Assembly: GCA_002269645.1 (NCBI GenBank)
Contig: NIVC01001343.1
Span: forward strand, 62,001 to 126,000
Source: Macrostomum lignano
Lineage: Eukaryota
Direction: 5' to 3'
DNA length: 64,000 bases
In this document: positions 63,326 through 64,000 of the stretch, piece after piece
Layout: each line of letters begins with the position of its first letter
Numbering within the stretch: position 1 is the stretch's first letter
Position numbers and translations under genes: made by a program
Notes under the pieces: model-generated
What the model saw: only the letters and a program-made list of their open reading frames with translations
What the model was told of the DNA's origin: nothing
Database searches by the model: none

Positions 63326-64000
63326 TTTTAGTTTTTTACTTCTTTACTCTTATTGTTTCTAAAATATAATCTTGTTTCTAAGAACTCTTTTTGTTTTGTT
63401 TTAACTGCAATTTTAACTTTATATTTTTGCATAAACAATGAATACACAAATAACCATGGGTTTGTATAACCATGCATTCGCCTTCGTTTTACTTTCGAAA
63501 TTGGCTTTCATATTTTTTAATTTCATTTCTTCTGTATATTTTTGAGACTGCGTCTGCATGGATATTGGACAGGCCTACTCAGATAACCGAATTCGTCAAC
63601 AGTGCCTAGGTAGCCGAATTCGTCAACAGAGTTGACGAATTAAATTTTGACGAATTCGGTGGCACCCACTGGCACTACAATACATTGATAAGGCTAAGAT
63701 AAAAATATAGCATATATATAGGCCTAGGCCCTAGCCTACGGCTACAGGTCTCCTCTGCATTTTCGATTAGCTGACACACTTAATAGCCCTAATAAAATAT
63801 AAATAAAAAAACCAGCGACCAGCTCATTGCTAACAATTTCAAGCTGACATCGAATTGGCTACTACCACTTGGCAATGGCAATAGATATCATGGACTGGTC
63901 ATCGCGCCTAATTTTTCTTAACTATTGCCAGTTAAAAAAAATGAATATTTCCTAGAAGAGTGACTTATTAAGAATAAAAACATAAAAAATATTGGTATAT

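Noticed and set aside
63588-63668. CCGAATTCGTCAA direct and inverted repeats as a structured ncRNA
   Set aside because: More simply read as subterminal repeats of a small DNA-transposon remnant; ends and TSD could not be established.

Overview
Eukaryotic (metazoan) genomic DNA, not prokaryotic: it has GT-AG introns, GC-rich exons and repeat-filled introns. The style resembles a free-living flatworm such as Macrostomum, but that is an inference and the species cannot be proven from this window. I could assemble eight protein-coding genes by hand. (1) A secreted angiopoietin-like fibrinogen-domain (FReD) protein, minus strand, 3 coding exons, with a 1-nt frame break. (2) An intronless coiled-coil + NHL-repeat protein, plus strand. 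(3) A 5-exon gustatory-receptor-like (GRL) 7-TM protein with a ~375-aa disordered N-terminal extension, plus strand. (4-8) Five head-to-tail minus-strand genes, in transcription order SMKR1-like, RETSAT, calcineurin B, POLE4 and Rab4. Roughly half of the window (estimated by eye) is tandem repeat, including an ~8.6-kb TATC array and a ~7.4-kb 28-bp minisatellite, each inside a single intron. Also present are hAT-type MITEs with 8-bp target-site duplications, a Tc1 remnant with a related MITE, and a decayed MULE-like fragment. No CRISPR, rRNA or tRNA genes were seen. The strongest leads are an SMKR1-like ORF with no start codon that begins exactly at a splice acceptor (possible spliced-leader AUG), an operon-like five-gene run, the atypical GRL, and an exon bracketed by inverted minisatellites.
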